DNA of 61,866 nucleotides, counting the filler, from Circinaria calcarea (Eukaryota): assembly GCA_051942165.1 (NCBI GenBank). It is 10 parts of 10 records of this genome, joined end to end, with 100 filler letters (N's around TTAATTAATTAA, not from the genome) between each part and the next. Parts side by side here need not be neighbours in the genome. Positions count along the whole stretch, not along the records: positions 12,418 to 18,522 come from JAVECS010001672.1; positions 18,623 to 24,727 come from JAVECS010001673.1; positions 24,828 to 30,930 come from JAVECS010001674.1; 7 more parts are not named here. One strand, written 5' to 3'. A program made the position numbers and the translations under genes. Positions 12,418 through 25,125 of the stretch are shown here, piece after piece. The notes under the pieces were generated by a model. It searched no databases, was not told where the DNA came from, and saw nothing but the letters and a program-made list of their open reading frames with translations. How positions within the stretch are numbered: position 1 is the first letter of the stretch; every line of letters starts with the position of its first letter.

Positions 12418-13007
12418 AACTGCTGACCGTTGTTGAGGCAACATCCGTCGGTGGTAATGAGTAATTCCCGAGGGTTGGAGAATCGCACAAACCTAGGACC
12501 GCTACTCCCAGGGGAGGGTGAGTGGCCTGGCCCGAAGAGGCTCTGTGGTGTATCGTTGAAGCTGGGCGGATAGAATCGTCCAATTTTACAGGGAGGCGAT
12601 GGCGTTGATAGGCGCGTGGCATGTGCGCTTCGGGAAGTAGGCCTGTCGGTGGATGAGTATTTCAGGGCAGCATATCCACTCCGGACGGTCTGCATCGGCG
12701 TATGATTTGATGAAGGGGACCTCCTGCATCGACGTTTGGAGCTTGATTGAGCCATCTCCGGACTTTCATCTTCTGTGCTGCCGTCTGTTTCATCGTCTTC
12801 AGCTTCGTCTGCGTCGTCATCGTCGCCTGAATCCTGTCCTTCGTTCAAGTCATCAAAGTCAACGTAGCATTTTCCACAGTATGAGAGGTAGTGATCGCTG
12901 CAGACGAAAGAACCATCTTCGAGCTGTGTCACCTTGCCAGATCGGAGGTAAACGAGGAGGATCAGATGCTGTAGCTGTGTCACCATGTTAGATTGGAGGT
13001 GAGCCAT
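12418..13007 (-). CDS. RNase H-like domain protein (fungal type with N-terminal Cys/His cluster), 3' truncated
   Basis: RFVRFSNPRELLITTDGCCLNNGQ resembles the first RNase HI motif (TDGAC.NNG); N-terminal VCSDHYLSYCGKCYVDF followed by an acidic linker. Confidence 0.75.
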
Positions 13008-13021
13008 GAGGATCAGATGCT
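12921..13021. repeat. Degenerate 51-bp tandem duplication at the 5' end of the RNase H-like gene
   Basis: agctgtgtcacc...gaggatcagatgct recurs with period 51 (12922 and 12973). Confidence 0.75.
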
Positions 13022-13930
13022 CTGGAGATCAATGCGGCAAGAAGAAAGGCGATTGTAGTCAATCAGAGGAGATGGAAGTATGGCAGAGATGCACCCCCGA
13101 GAAATGACGGAATATCAAAGCTACTCCTTTGACCTTGAGTGTTTCCACACAGAGTTTGAAGCAAGAAAGAATTCCCAGAGGTTGGACGCTGCCAAAATCC
13201 GTTGTGTTGGGAACATGGATAGGTCGGAAATTGGGCGGTGGGTTCCGCGAGTACGAAAGGTAATTACGATAGGATTATTACTTGAGTGGAATATCCAACG
13301 GCTATTCGGTGCACGTGCTTCGGTAACAGGGGACAGAACTGCCGTATTGGGCTTAGATCTGTCTTCTAGTTTCCCAGCAGTAGTAGTAGCAGCAGTCTCT
13401 GGTCATTGCCCTGACATGGGCAAATCCCCCGATGGCCATAGTAAACACCGTTGTTATGCCACTTTCTCCGGTCTCAATGTGGTGCATAGCCCCGTGGAAT
13501 TGCCACTGAAATGCGAGGCTTGGACGGTGAACAGCATCAAGGGGCCCTGATTTGTTACAGAAGATTGCTCTTCATCATCCCCCGAATCCTTAGAGCTCGA
13601 ACATCTCGACTCTACTACAACCGCGACGCGAGAATCTTCTCTCGTCAACATGAGGTCATCCATAAACTTTCTGTAGCGATGCCCGTTCCGCAATGGTCAT
13701 TGGTTGGCTTAGCCGCTTGATGAGGTCTTCAAGGAGCCCGAAGCCGTTTCAGATACTCTGCGACATCTACCCTCATTGAAACTGCCAATCGGAAAGGCCT
13801 TCTTCGCGAACCCAGCGAGAACGATGACATGCGGAACCTTTCTTTTGCGTCTTGAAGCACCTTCATATGACCAGGTCAATCCTCTGTCTCTTCGATAGGG
13901 GACATATTGGATGCCTCAGCTAGCACCACT

Positions 13931-14575
13931 ATGCATGCCTTCAATCTACTCGGTACCATCTTTGCCATGACTCAATTCGCTTGTCAAAGCCTGGCAGGAC
14001 CAGCGATACATCCATCGATACATGCTCGAGATCGAGCTTTCTGTTTCAACACACGCACTGCTCGACCCGGAACGTGAGTAGTCAACCTCGCTTTAGGGTT
14101 ATCTCCCTCTTCAAAAGGATGGGACTGGCTGGTACTTATCACTCTATCCAGGAACACTATTGCCTATTCCACGGTCCCCCGTTCGCACAAGGGTCCTTTA
14201 CCCCGGCATAGTACCAAATCGGTCCTCTGGTGCTCGGAGAACTCTCGGATATATTTGACAGTGTCGTTGATTGAGGCCATATCCGGGCCCGGGATCAAGC
14301 GTCTACTCGAGGATGCATACCTTAGCATCCGAGAACAACTGCATCGATATGGCGATGGAGTCATTTCCCGTGGTTCAGGGACCATCTTTGTCTATATAGG
14401 GGTCAATCGTCTCACCCTGCGCATAAGGAATGGCGGCATCAACCATATGACCTGGAGCACGCTAGCTACTGCTCTGGTTACATTGGATGGTTTCATGCGT
14501 CGGTATTCTTATGGAGAAGTTACTTTCAGTATTCATGATGAGACTGGCGAAGTCGGCCTAGGGACGGTCGGGTAG
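13931..14575 (+). CDS. Small secreted protein, 2 exons (~188 aa)
   Basis: Signal-peptide-like MHAFNLLGTIFAMTQFACQSLA. The 78-nt intron 14074-14151 joins it in frame to ORF 14255-14575, which ends MTWSTLATAL...FSIHDETGEVGLGTVG. Confidence 0.75.
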
Positions 14576-15018
14576 TGGGGCTGATCAACGGTCCTGAAAA
14601 TATGGTATAGGGCTAAAAGTGGTGGTGTCGATTTTTGATGTGTGACCACCGGATATACCTGGTTGACATGATTGGGGTTGGACAAGCTGTATAGCTGGAC
14701 AAGTATTCTTACAATAGTCTCACTCCCCGGGCGACTGCTTGTACAGAACACATGAGTCGGGGCTCTTCCATACTGTATCTACTTTCTGCCTTCGGCTAAA
14801 TTACGCTAGAGGGGAATCCGAATCATCTCGAGTATTCACTTTTCATCTTATTCATTCATCATTGCCCAATTGCACCATTGTCATTGTAATCTCGACAGAT
14901 GAGAATGAAAATAATATTGAGACAGAATGGCGAGATAGCTGCCAGCCACGTCTTTCAGCCACAACATCACATTACAGCCCGCATTGTCATCGCCTTGAGC
15001 TAGCATTGCAGCTGGAAC

Positions 15019-16873
15019 ATGAGTGTAGCAACTACCAAACCGACACCCCGCTTGACAGGGCTTGACATTAATCTTGGAAAGAAAGTTAAGATAGTTCACA
15101 CCTATTCGAGGAAGCAGACCCAACCTTCAGGTCACGCATTGACGGAGTACAAATCTGAGGGGACTTCTGATGCAAAGACAAAGACCAGACTCGGCAAGCG
15201 CAAGCATTCGGAGAAGGATCAAAAGAAAAGGAAACCTGGGCAATTGGATGGGAATGAGGTTTCGGGCCCTCATACACCGAAGAGAGCAAAGAGGAAGATG
15301 AGACTAGCTATGGAGCAACTAGTTCTCCAGCCTTTTCTCCCCGATAACCATGCATCACTCGAAGCTCGGGTGAGTGCTTCTGAAATGTCTTTGTCCACTG
15401 CTTTCCCTGTTCCACGACTCCTGAAATGTGCAGGCACCATTGGCTGACAGATCAAGCTACATGCAACACGTATTCGAGATGAGATTGATGAGAATCCTGA
15501 CTTCATCGTCACATCAGATCCCCTCAGTCCATCTTCACGTGTAGATGTAAGGCTAGAACATTGCCGCCGACCGAATACAGGCTCACGAAAGCCCCTTGAC
15601 ATTATTCGGAGCCACTTTGTTTTACCTCAAGGCGGCCAGCAGAAGCCTGCCGATTGGATTTTTTTCCGCTTTCCCCCTATTACTCCACACAGGTCTGGTT
15701 TGCAGCCTCGCGAAATCGGAAGTGGCTTTGAGGGCCTGGAACGACAACTTCAGATACAAAAGCGTCCTACAGTGGGCACGCGAAAGGGAAAGAGACACGT
15801 CCAAAACAAACGAATGGCTCCGCTTGGATTCGCCATCGTAAAGCCTGACGGTTCCAAATCGGCCGAGGACCGTCAACAAACTCCAAACTCCTTGGAGTCA
15901 CATTCCAGAATCCTAGACGGCGATAATATGGAAGGCTCCAATGATTCAGTGGCAGATATAGTTAACGAAGGGACTCATAAGCAAGATGATTTGGCTTTAG
16001 GTGATGGATATGCTCAAATCGAAAGGCCTCAGAATCCTAACAGTACCTGGAGAAAAAGCAACCAGGCCAGCGATTCAGAAGTGTTTGGTCGGGTTCCGAC
16101 GGTATCTGCTTCTTTACGTGATCTCGGCAGCGAAGAGTTACCAGAAGATTCCGACCAACTAGATTCTACAATGGCCATGGGACGTCAGGACTCGGAGTCA
16201 CAACACAGCCTGTTACCACGGAAATTAGATTGGCCGATTGTACCGGAAATCCCAGAAACGCCAAGAGGCCCCGATTTGGAACAATACGTCAATCAAGATC
16301 AAGGATCGAGGTCTCCATCGAGTGTTTTAAAAAGAGGTTTGTGCTTTGAACTGCTAGACAATGCTATATACTCACATCGCAAGTGATCAGTGCCTACCTT
16401 TCACGTGTACGACGAGGATGGCGGAAGAAAAGGCAACGATGAAGACGACTTTGCGGAGGTCCATTCCATGCTCGGTACTTAATCTCTTCCTACTCCTCGT
16501 CATGTTTTGGCTAATCAATGTCCAATCATTTTTAGAACCATCCAGTCCACGCTTCTCCACGTTCCTTGACTCCAGGTACTGCTTGCCTAAGGCTGCTAAA
16601 CAACTTGACTCCTCAGTCAACGGCCCTTTTAGGGTTGTCCGAAGTAAGTCGGGACTTCGATCAACCATTCCCGAATCTAACGAAGATGATCCTCCCACTT
16701 CAATTGTAACGCATACTGGCGTCATGCCGAATTCAAGTCGCCGCCGCAAGGTATGGATTCTACCTGACTCACAAGATCTCAGGATTTCGGGTAGGAAGGC
16801 GAGCGTCGAGTTGGGTAGTGTGCCCACAACGAGGAAGTGTTCTCTACTACCATTTGTGCCACCTTTTAAATAA
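15019..16873 (+). CDS. Hypothetical low-complexity multi-exon protein
   Basis: Consecutive plus-strand ORFs (15019-15447, 15700-16386, 16361-16873) with plausible GT-AG introns; no domain recognised. Confidence 0.5.
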
Positions 16874-17312
16874 ATTGACTGGTTATGGTAGTAGGATGGA
16901 TATACTTGATTTCATCTGGAGCTTTGCGATTTTTGTGTTGCAAGATATTTCTTGCCTTCGTCGGACTGCTGTTTACCCCTGCTACATGTCCATCCACCGT
17001 CGAGAAAAAGCCCGAGGTGGTTATTGTCGGACTACTTTACCGTGCATTCGCATTACATTAGATGTCATTCCAACGTAGCCCCAGCTCGGTCAAACCACTC
17101 CATCGTTCAACTGAAATGGCTATCATTTTAAACCAATCTACCTCTCCTGTTCTCTTCTCCACAATCTTGGCGTAAGCATTTAACTTCGGGGCTGCCCTCG
17201 CAGTAAATCGAAAGTTTCGAAAAACACCAATCCAGGGAATGAAAAAAGTACCCCAATGACCAATCGCCAGCAAGTAGAAGTAGAGGGAGGATTCTTGAGT
17301 TCTCAACAGCCC

Positions 17313-17344
<32 letters not shown>

Positions 17345-17888
17345 CACATATCCCCCTTCTTGCCTTTTTACTTTCCTACATTTCCTCTTTTCCTTTCCAT
17401 ACCAATCTCATTCTCATCATCCCCACCCCCCTCCTTGCGTAGTGTACCGTACACCTCTTCCCTGCCTTCCTTTGACATCCTGCATCACGCATCCACCATT
17501 TTACACGACTTTTCCTCTTGGTTTCTTCACCTCCAAAAAAGCAAACGGCTATTAGTTATTACTTTGGCTTTTCGTACACGGTACAATTTTACAAATGGAT
17601 CATGGGTCACGGATGCGGAAATCTTCCTTCCTTCCTTCCTTTCCAACCTTTTTTCCTTTTCTTTAACTTTCTTAGCGTTTCCTGGCCATGTTTCTCCGCT
17701 CCCCGCTCCAGTGTGAGGGAGGCCCGGGGGGGGATGAGAAGAAAAGAAAAGAGAAAAAGGAAAGAATGGTCATTCATATGGTCTAATACATTAAGATTTC
17801 GATTGGATCCCCGGGTTTTTTGTTTAGAATTAATTCTTTTGAGGAAAGAACTGGGGGATTGAAACTGGAACTGAAAGTAGAACTAGAC

Positions 17889-18162
17889 TGTAAGGGTCTC
17901 TACCAGAGGACCCCTACTGAGAAAGCTTTCGTAGGAATTCAGCAAATCAGAGCTACTCGGTGCGTGTTTTCTACTGCCAAAAAATTTGAGTGGAATGACT
18001 TCGATTTTCCAGCCGGGAACCCCTCGTCTAATACTACAAAAATAGCGTTCTTTCCCCTAAGGAAAAGGAAGTCGCTCCACACTAGGAACCCTACGGGGGA
18101 ACTATACACCGAGGTCACGAGGTTATAGCTTAGCGAGGAAGGTTTTCTCGCGAAGCGTTACA
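17889..18162. mobile_element. Possible solo LTR
   Basis: 274-bp segment bounded by TGTAA...TTACA next to TA-rich sequence; no clean target-site duplication. Confidence 0.3.
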
Positions 18163-18289
18163 CCAGAATTCTTTAGCAATAACTCATACGCTATGCGAAC
18201 CCATTGAGCACATGATTACACAGTTTACCGACCCTTGTTCGTAAAATCGTTATACTGTTTGTAAAGGATCCTTACAATATACATAGAGT

Positions 18290-18480
18290 GGTAGTTATTA
18301 TAGCCAATAGAAGCCTGTTCCACCTCTATTGTTTCATACGGGGTAATAGATAAGCTTAATAATTAGTTGAATAAATAAAAACAAATATTGTTTATTATAT
18401 GCCCCAAAAAGAATATTATAACGGCCTTCCTCCTTGTCTGTACATTTCTGAATTTATACGTCATGGTACGCTTTTATATT
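18290..18480. mobile_element. AT/TpA-rich, RIP-like degraded repeat
   Basis: Raised TpA and low GC compared with the genes; no ORF. Confidence 0.45.
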
Positions 18481-19190
18481 CGGAAATGGGTTTGAAGGGG
18501 GGGGATAGGGAATCATTTACTCNNNNNNNNNNNNNNNNNNNNNNNNNNNNNNNNNNNNNNNNNNNNTTAATTAATTAANNNNNNNNNNNNNNNNNNNNNN
18601 NNNNNNNNNNNNNNNNNNNNNNCCCCCACCCCCCCGTACGTTCGTACGTCTGTTTGGTTCCGTTTCTTTTATGCTCTCGGGTCGGGTCGGGTCCATTGTC
18701 CTCGCCGATGGGTGGCCTTGGTGTCTCATATCTTACGTCTTACGTCTCACGTGTTACGTCTCACGTCTCATTGGAGAAAAAAAAGAAAAAAGAGAAATAG
18801 AGAGAGCCTGGCTAGCTAGCTAGCTAGCTGCTGAGCGTGCAACATCCCGCTAATCGGTTACGCTTCCATTCCAAATGCTTTTTGGAAGTTTCTTTTTTTT
18901 TACATTTTTTTTTTTTTTACAAACTACTACCGAGAGATATGTATCCTTTTGTCTCTCGAGAGAAAAGGGCGGGGTCTATGCTCATCCTCCTCTGAAGAGA
19001 GGAATCGGAAAGAAAAGACAGATGAAAGCGTTTCTTAGGATGGAAAGTCTTCCCCTCTCTGTCGAAGATCAAGGATCCGTCACGTGTTAACGACAGCCAT
19101 CATGATTGTTCCGGCTGCAAAAACCGCACCATAGGACCTGAATCTCATCCCCTAGTCTCTTCATCCCATTTTGCATCCATCTTCCAAGTT

Positions 19191-19262
19191 CCCTCCTCAG
19201 TAAGCTCCCCTCCTTAGCAAGCTCCCCTCCTCAGTAAGCCACCCTCCTCAGTAAGCTCCCCC
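19191..19262 (-). repeat. ~17-bp tandem repeat (about 4 copies) containing the stop codon of the SR-rich gene
   Basis: Unit ctcagtaagctcccctc with variants. Confidence 0.85.
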
Positions 19263-20972
19263 ACTCATACCTCCCTCCCCACTCAATCGATCCAAATGTC
19301 CCTCGGCTAGTTCACTTCTCAACCCCTCCCGACGGCTCTCCCTCTCACTCTTATCCCACTCTCGAAGGCCCTGTCTCTTGGCTCGCTGCTTCTCCTCAAT
19401 TGCCTCCAGCAACTTCTTCTTATCGTCTTCCAATTGTTGCAAGCGTCTCTCCTGTGCCGGGTCAAGACCAGACGGTAAAGACTTGCCGCCTGGGACAATG
19501 GACGGGGAGGAAGAGAGATGTTGTGAAAAGCGCTGGGTGCGGGGGTAGGTTGTTGACGAGGAGTTATTGTTCCGAAATGGAACGCGGGGTGGAGGATCGT
19601 TGTAGGAGGGTGCGGCTTGTGGGCTATTGTAGTTACCTCGTGGGCCGGTGGGGATGGAGTGCGGGTCATAGCTCGATTGGCGCGGAGGTGGAGCGTTGTA
19701 GTGACGACCACCGCCGCGGTGAGAGTGTGGTGGACCTCCGTATGGAGCATCGCGTGGGTTGTCTCTACCATATCCGGGGCCACCTCGAGGACGTGTCGGT
19801 GCGGTGAGAAGGGCAGCGCTACTTGGACGGTTGTGTGCCGACATGGAAATTGGTGCTGACGGTGGGCCGGATTGGGAATCGCGAGAGTAGCCATCGTATC
19901 GAGACCCGCCAGGCCCGCTTGGAGGTGGACGACCCTCACCGTTGCGATAACTTGGACCAGATGAGGGCGCCATCTGTGAGTTTGACCAAGTGTTGGGTGT
20001 AGCACCATTACGAGGTGGCTCTCGATCACGCGGTGGCGGTGAACGCTCACGAAAAGCTGATATTTCTGGCGGAGGAGATCTAGGTGGTGGAGAATAGGCT
20101 CGCCGTGGCGGGGACTGTTCTCTGCTTCGGTATTCGTCGTATGGAGGTTCTGCTCGAGAATGGCCACGTACTGGCGATCGGGATATTGCCATTCGGTCCG
20201 GATGCATTGGCGGTGAGGAACGGCGAGATGATACCGGTGATTGACCGCGAGAAGCATGGGCTGAAAGTCGCGGTGGGGTACGCGAACGCTCCCTTGGGCG
20301 ATAGTTGTTTTCACGAGGAATTCTTCCAGGTGGTTCTCTAGGAGGTGAATAGCCCCGTCTAACATATGTATCACGTCCTGGCTCAATGAATCTTTCACGT
20401 TTGACTGAAAGAGGGGAGCGTTGACGATAAGCGCTTGGCGGTGTCGGCTCTCGACCTCTCTTCGGAGGTAGAGGAGACCTATCCCTAACCGGGCCACCAT
20501 AGGGTGACCTTGAGTATCTTCGTGGCGCTACCGGCGATCGTGCCCTTCCTTCGCGTCGAGGAGAAGGAGCACGAGGCGGTGATCGAGCTCGGCCTCTGTA
20601 GCCATCATCCCTTCCTCTTACAGCAGGACTGCGTGAGCGACGCCTATCTTGGCGATCTCTAGGGTATTCATCACCACGCTCGCTCCGATATGAATCTAAA
20701 AGCGGTGGTTCACGACCTCTACGAGGCGGCGGGCTAGGTGCACGATAGCTATCGACGCGTGGTGGAGGTGAACGAGGTCTTCGTTCCGAGGGTCGATACG
20801 TTTCAGTACGCATGGGACGATCACGACCCTCGTATCTGGTGAGATTGCAGATGATTAGCATTTGGGCCATTGAAGTAGCAAGCATAGGTAAAGTGTTTGA
20901 AGCATTAGAAGCTTCAAACTAGCTGTAGCCTTGGATTGTATGAACAGACCTTCGATCGCGACCTCTATCCAT
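19248..20972 (-). CDS. Arg/Ser/Pro-rich repetitive (SR-related) protein with C-terminal coiled coil, 2 exons
   Basis: Long ORF rich in RSP/RRSRS. A short first exon MDRGRDR(R) precedes an intron ending CTAATC...CCAG near 20837. Confidence 0.8.
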
Positions 20973-21469
20973 GGCTGCTTACTATGGCACAACGATTTGC
21001 GGACTGGAATGTAATCTGTCGAGTCGCTCAACCGCAGCAACTCTCGACGGCAACCTGAGTGTGGTTGAGTTCTAACGTGTAGTCGATTTTATTTCTGTCG
21101 AACAAAAGATGCTCACGAAATATTGATTGCGATCACCCGTTGCGCTAAGCCGGTTTGGGACCTTGAGGCGACTCCTCAGATAGCGCAACTCAGCAGCAGG
21201 GCGAGGAGAAGGTGCCTCTTAGAGCGAAAGTGTTGTGGCACCGGTATAAGCTTAAAGTATATGTGTGGTCGGCTGTCCCTGACGTTCTTGCCTCTATCTT
21301 CAGAGCCGTTGACCCCGCGTCCATTCACATTGGTTTATCAGATCTATGCCGAATTCACAGGCGGCCATCCCAGGCTTATGGGCAGTCACGCATGCTGGTA
21401 CAATACGTTTCACCCTTTTCATACAATCTTGAGATTCTTAGATTTATGCCCTTAGCGTGGGACTCGACT

Positions 21470-23211
21470 CTAGCGCTTCGCCCTTCGCTCTTCATCCCTC
21501 TTCTGCCTCTTTCGACTTTCACTAGCTATCATGTCACTAAGGTCTTCCTGGAAACCCCATTGACCCTGCTCCTGCTGTCTCTGCGCTTCATACATCCTTT
21601 TCATGTCTTCCTTGTCCATTCCATCCTTGGCTTGCAGGGTATCTGGATCCATGGCCACATCCACATCCCCAGGTTTCTTACGCTTCTTACTAGTGTCATC
21701 CTCTCCAAGTACTGGTAGATCGCTTTGAGCTGTTTTGAGGTCATACGTCCGGTCACCACCGAAGAAGCCTTGCACCCTAGCCTGCTGCTCCGGTATGACT
21801 TGATACGCAGACCGAGGATGTGTGGATTCTTCTGTTTCAGTTCCTCGCCGGAATTTACGAAGATTGAACTCTCCACCCACACTCTCCGATCCGCCGAATT
21901 CGGACGGTACAGTAGACGACATACCCCCAGGCGTTTCAAGCCCGCTAGGTGTCTGTAGTCCCGCCCCAGCATCATCGTCATCTCCTTCTTTCTCCTCCTC
22001 GTCGCTTTCCTCTTCTTCCGACTCTTCTTCGGGCTCTTGCAGCTCTCCCCAAAGTGTCTTTTCTACTGGCTCGCCTAATTGGACGTTTTGTTGGGGCTGT
22101 AACACACCAAAAATGTCACCTCCGTAGAGCGGTCGGTTATACTCATCAACAGGAGGCTTACCATACCCACCAGGGTTAAATCCCCATTGCGCTCCTATAG
22201 GTGGCGGGGCATTGAGTCCGGGTATCTTAAGAGCAGGATAGGATGGTGGGGGGCCAAATCGCTGTTGATTGATCAGCCATGGCGGCGGCGCGCCTGGTGG
22301 AATGTTCAGAGCCTCTTTCAACTCTTCACTTAGCTCACCAGGGCGCAGATGTTTCAGATTTGTTTCGTACTCCTTGCCTTCGTAGTAGACTTCGCCATAT
22401 CGCGTGAGTTCTGGCTTCGTTTGAAAGCGAAAGAAGGCTTCGTAGAGTTTTTGGTAGTCGATGTCGAGTTTCCCCATCTTGGGCTGCACACGTTCTCTCT
22501 GTTTTTGCTTGAGGCTGGCCTGATCCTGTTTCTCAAGTACCGCGTCTCGCATCTCCGCGATACCGGTTTCTTGAATAAATTTCGGAAGGGCGAAAGGGGG
22601 TTTTTCAACGCCACGCTTTGATGATAAATACTCACGTTTCAGCGCCCAATGCGAAGGTACTGGAACAACATTCCGATAGGCCTTTATATGGACGAGTAGT
22701 CGAGGATCTGTTGCCGAGGTGTCAGTCCAATCGACAGTTTCTGGCTTTTTCACAAGCGCCTTCAATTCAGCAACTGAGAGTTTGTTTTGTTCCTTCCGCT
22801 TCTTTTTCGACAGCTTTGGTTCGCCCTTCTCCTCGTCCTCGTCAGGTATGTCATCATCGTCATCATAATACACCTCCGGTTTATCAGCTTCTTTGGTTGA
22901 AGGGTCCTCCTTATCAGGCTGCTCGAACTTCCCCATTATATCTTTGTACATCTCATAGAGTGGGTTGTCTTCCTCTACCGTAACTGGGGCATCCACGTCT
23001 TCTACCAGAGGGGTTGTAGCTTTAGGGACTTCTGTTTCCGACTCGGGCTCTGCAACAGACGACTCCCGAAGTGGTGTACCATGGCTCTGGTTGGCAGCCT
23101 GGTCAGTAATGGCGCTCGAGTAGGGAGAGTCTCACATACTTCATTCTGTTTCGCGGCCTTCTTCTTTGCTCTCCTCAACTGGTTCTTCGTCGGCTTTACA
23201 GCAGAAGGCAT
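21470..23211 (-). CDS. CUS1: U2 snRNP SF3b subunit 2 (SAP145/Cus1)
   Basis: VPVPSHWALKREYL, RERVQPKMGKLDIDYQKL and the PSP domain PPPWLINQQRFGPPPSYP; first exon MPSAVKPTKNQLRRAKKK. Confidence 0.96.
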
Positions 23212-23685
23212 CTTGGCAACGGCGTTTCCTAAGCGACAGAACAGGCCACAGGATATGCAATCAGGAACAGGCCGTGGGTAGTTTGCGCAGTTTGACAATG
23301 ACGAACGGGTACTTTGTGTGTTGTGATCGTGGATGAGTTGAGGTCGATCAAAAGCTACGGGGTGACCAGTCCAGATATCGTTTAGCGTGACGGTTCTAAC
23401 ATATGTCTTAATAGGCGAATCCTCGGTAGACATCAAATGGACAGTGAGTATCGTCTCCCTAATTCTAAATACATAATCATCTCTCTGCAGTCACGCTTCC
23501 CTTAGAGTACCACCCTTCACAGTTATGCCAAGCTATTCATCTTGGAATCATTCTCAACCAAACTATTTGCGAGCCCACTTCACACTATAACTCTGACATG
23601 ACAGGGAGCAATTACTCACTCTAGACGCACCAACACGGCAATTCCCAACCCTAGCACCTATAAATCACCTAATTCTCCAATCTCC

Positions 23686-24727
23686 TTAACCTTCCTTTCC
23701 CTCCAAACTCAGCCTCCCCGTCTCCACCCTCAAGCTGTTTGTGCTCTGGGTATGTCCGTGGCTTCTGTGAGTAGAACCTGAGCCTTCGGAACTAGAATCG
23801 CCATCACTGCTCTCATCTTCATTGCTGGTGGCTGATGATGGTAAGGTATGGCCAGTGGCACCGAAAATTTCGTGATCCGGGCTTACCAGGGTCTGAGAGG
23901 TGGTGGACTGAAGTGAGGGAGACGGATGTCGAGAATCGGAACTGTCACCGTCGGATGTACGTCTAGAATCGTCCTTTAGATTGTTGGTCTCTTCGTGAGG
24001 TCCTTCCTCACCTGTGTTCCCAGACTGAGTTGGCCTATCCTTATTTTCGGTTTGTTTGCTGATAGTATCTTCCTTCCTAAGCTGTTGTGACGCATCCGCA
24101 TGATAATCAATCTCCCCCTTCTTCATCTCATTATCATCACCTCCTCCACTTTCCTTACCATCCAATTCATCTTTCTTTTCTTCGTTTCCGGACCCGCTTC
24201 CCCTATTAATACGATGATCTTCTTCTTCTCCCGCGAGCACTTCCCGCATTGCGTGTTTGCCGCTCTTGTTCGCTTTCCTTGTTCTTTCACTCTTCACAAA
24301 ACCTTCATCCCCCTCTAGCACTACGTCCATCTTCTGCATCTGCTTCGGCCTCATCCTCTTCTTCAGTCCCCGCGCTACTTTGGCTAGAAAGTCCGGTTTC
24401 GCACGTTGAAATGGCTTCCTATCCCCTCAATACACTGCCCATCAGATTGGAGCTTGAAGAGGTTAGTGGTAGGCTAACCTTCCCCAGCACCAGCAGCCAG
24501 GCTTCTTCCAAGTACATCCCCTTCATCGCCTCTAGCATTTCGCGCGCCTTCATGCTGACTAGCTCCACGTCCTACATGGTCCTCTCCCCCCTCCATGTGC
24601 TGTTCCGATTTATCCTCACTTCTATCCTGCACCCTATCCTCGTCCAGTATATGCCCATGATGATCCGAAATAAACGTTTCACCCCCGATACTCCCCCTTA
24701 CCCCAACCCTCCCGCTCCCATTCTCAT
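23686..24727 (-). CDS. 3' part of a hypothetical charged, low-complexity protein (5' end off contig)
   Basis: An open frame from the contig end to about 24477, plus ORF 23686-24354; G/E/D/S-rich; no domain recognised. Confidence 0.45.
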
Positions 24728-24827
24728 NNNNNNNNNNNNNNNNNNNNNNNNNNNNNNNNNNNNNNNNNNNNTTAATTAATTAANNNNNNNNNNNNNNNNN
24801 NNNNNNNNNNNNNNNNNNNNNNNNNNN

Positions 24828-25125
24828 TAATTAAATAATTTATTATTATTTTATATAATAAAAATATTATTTTTTTATTTTTTAAAAAGGAGTAATTATT
24901 ATAAATTTATTATATATAAAATTATTTAAATATTTATTTATAATTTAATATATTTTATTATAATTAAAAAATATTAATAATTTAAAATTTAATTATAAAT
25001 TATTTATTATTATTACGTTCCGTGATAAAAAGAATATTAGAATATTAAAAAAATATTTAAAAAATCTAGAATTAATTCGTAATATAATTATTATTCGTTT
25101 TATTTTCTTTATAATTTTTATATTA
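24828..25125. mobile_element. Heavily RIP-like AT-rich repeat remnant abutting the Med13 stop codon
   Basis: Nearly all A/T with abundant TpA and almost no CpA/TpG; sharp boundary at 25125/25126. Confidence 0.7.

Noticed and set aside
14093..14101. Telomerase RNA template (TAACCCTAA on the minus strand)
   Set aside because: It lies inside a normal intron of the secreted-protein gene, with no supporting structure.
17313..17341. Poly(A) tract as a retrocopy tail
   Set aside because: No upstream processed gene or target-site duplication; it sits in low-complexity intergenic DNA.
19319..20500. Long overlapping or antisense ORFs (also 4853-5422, 11347-11976, 42529-43185)
   Set aside because: These are shadow frames of GC-rich or repetitive real genes and have no motifs of their own.
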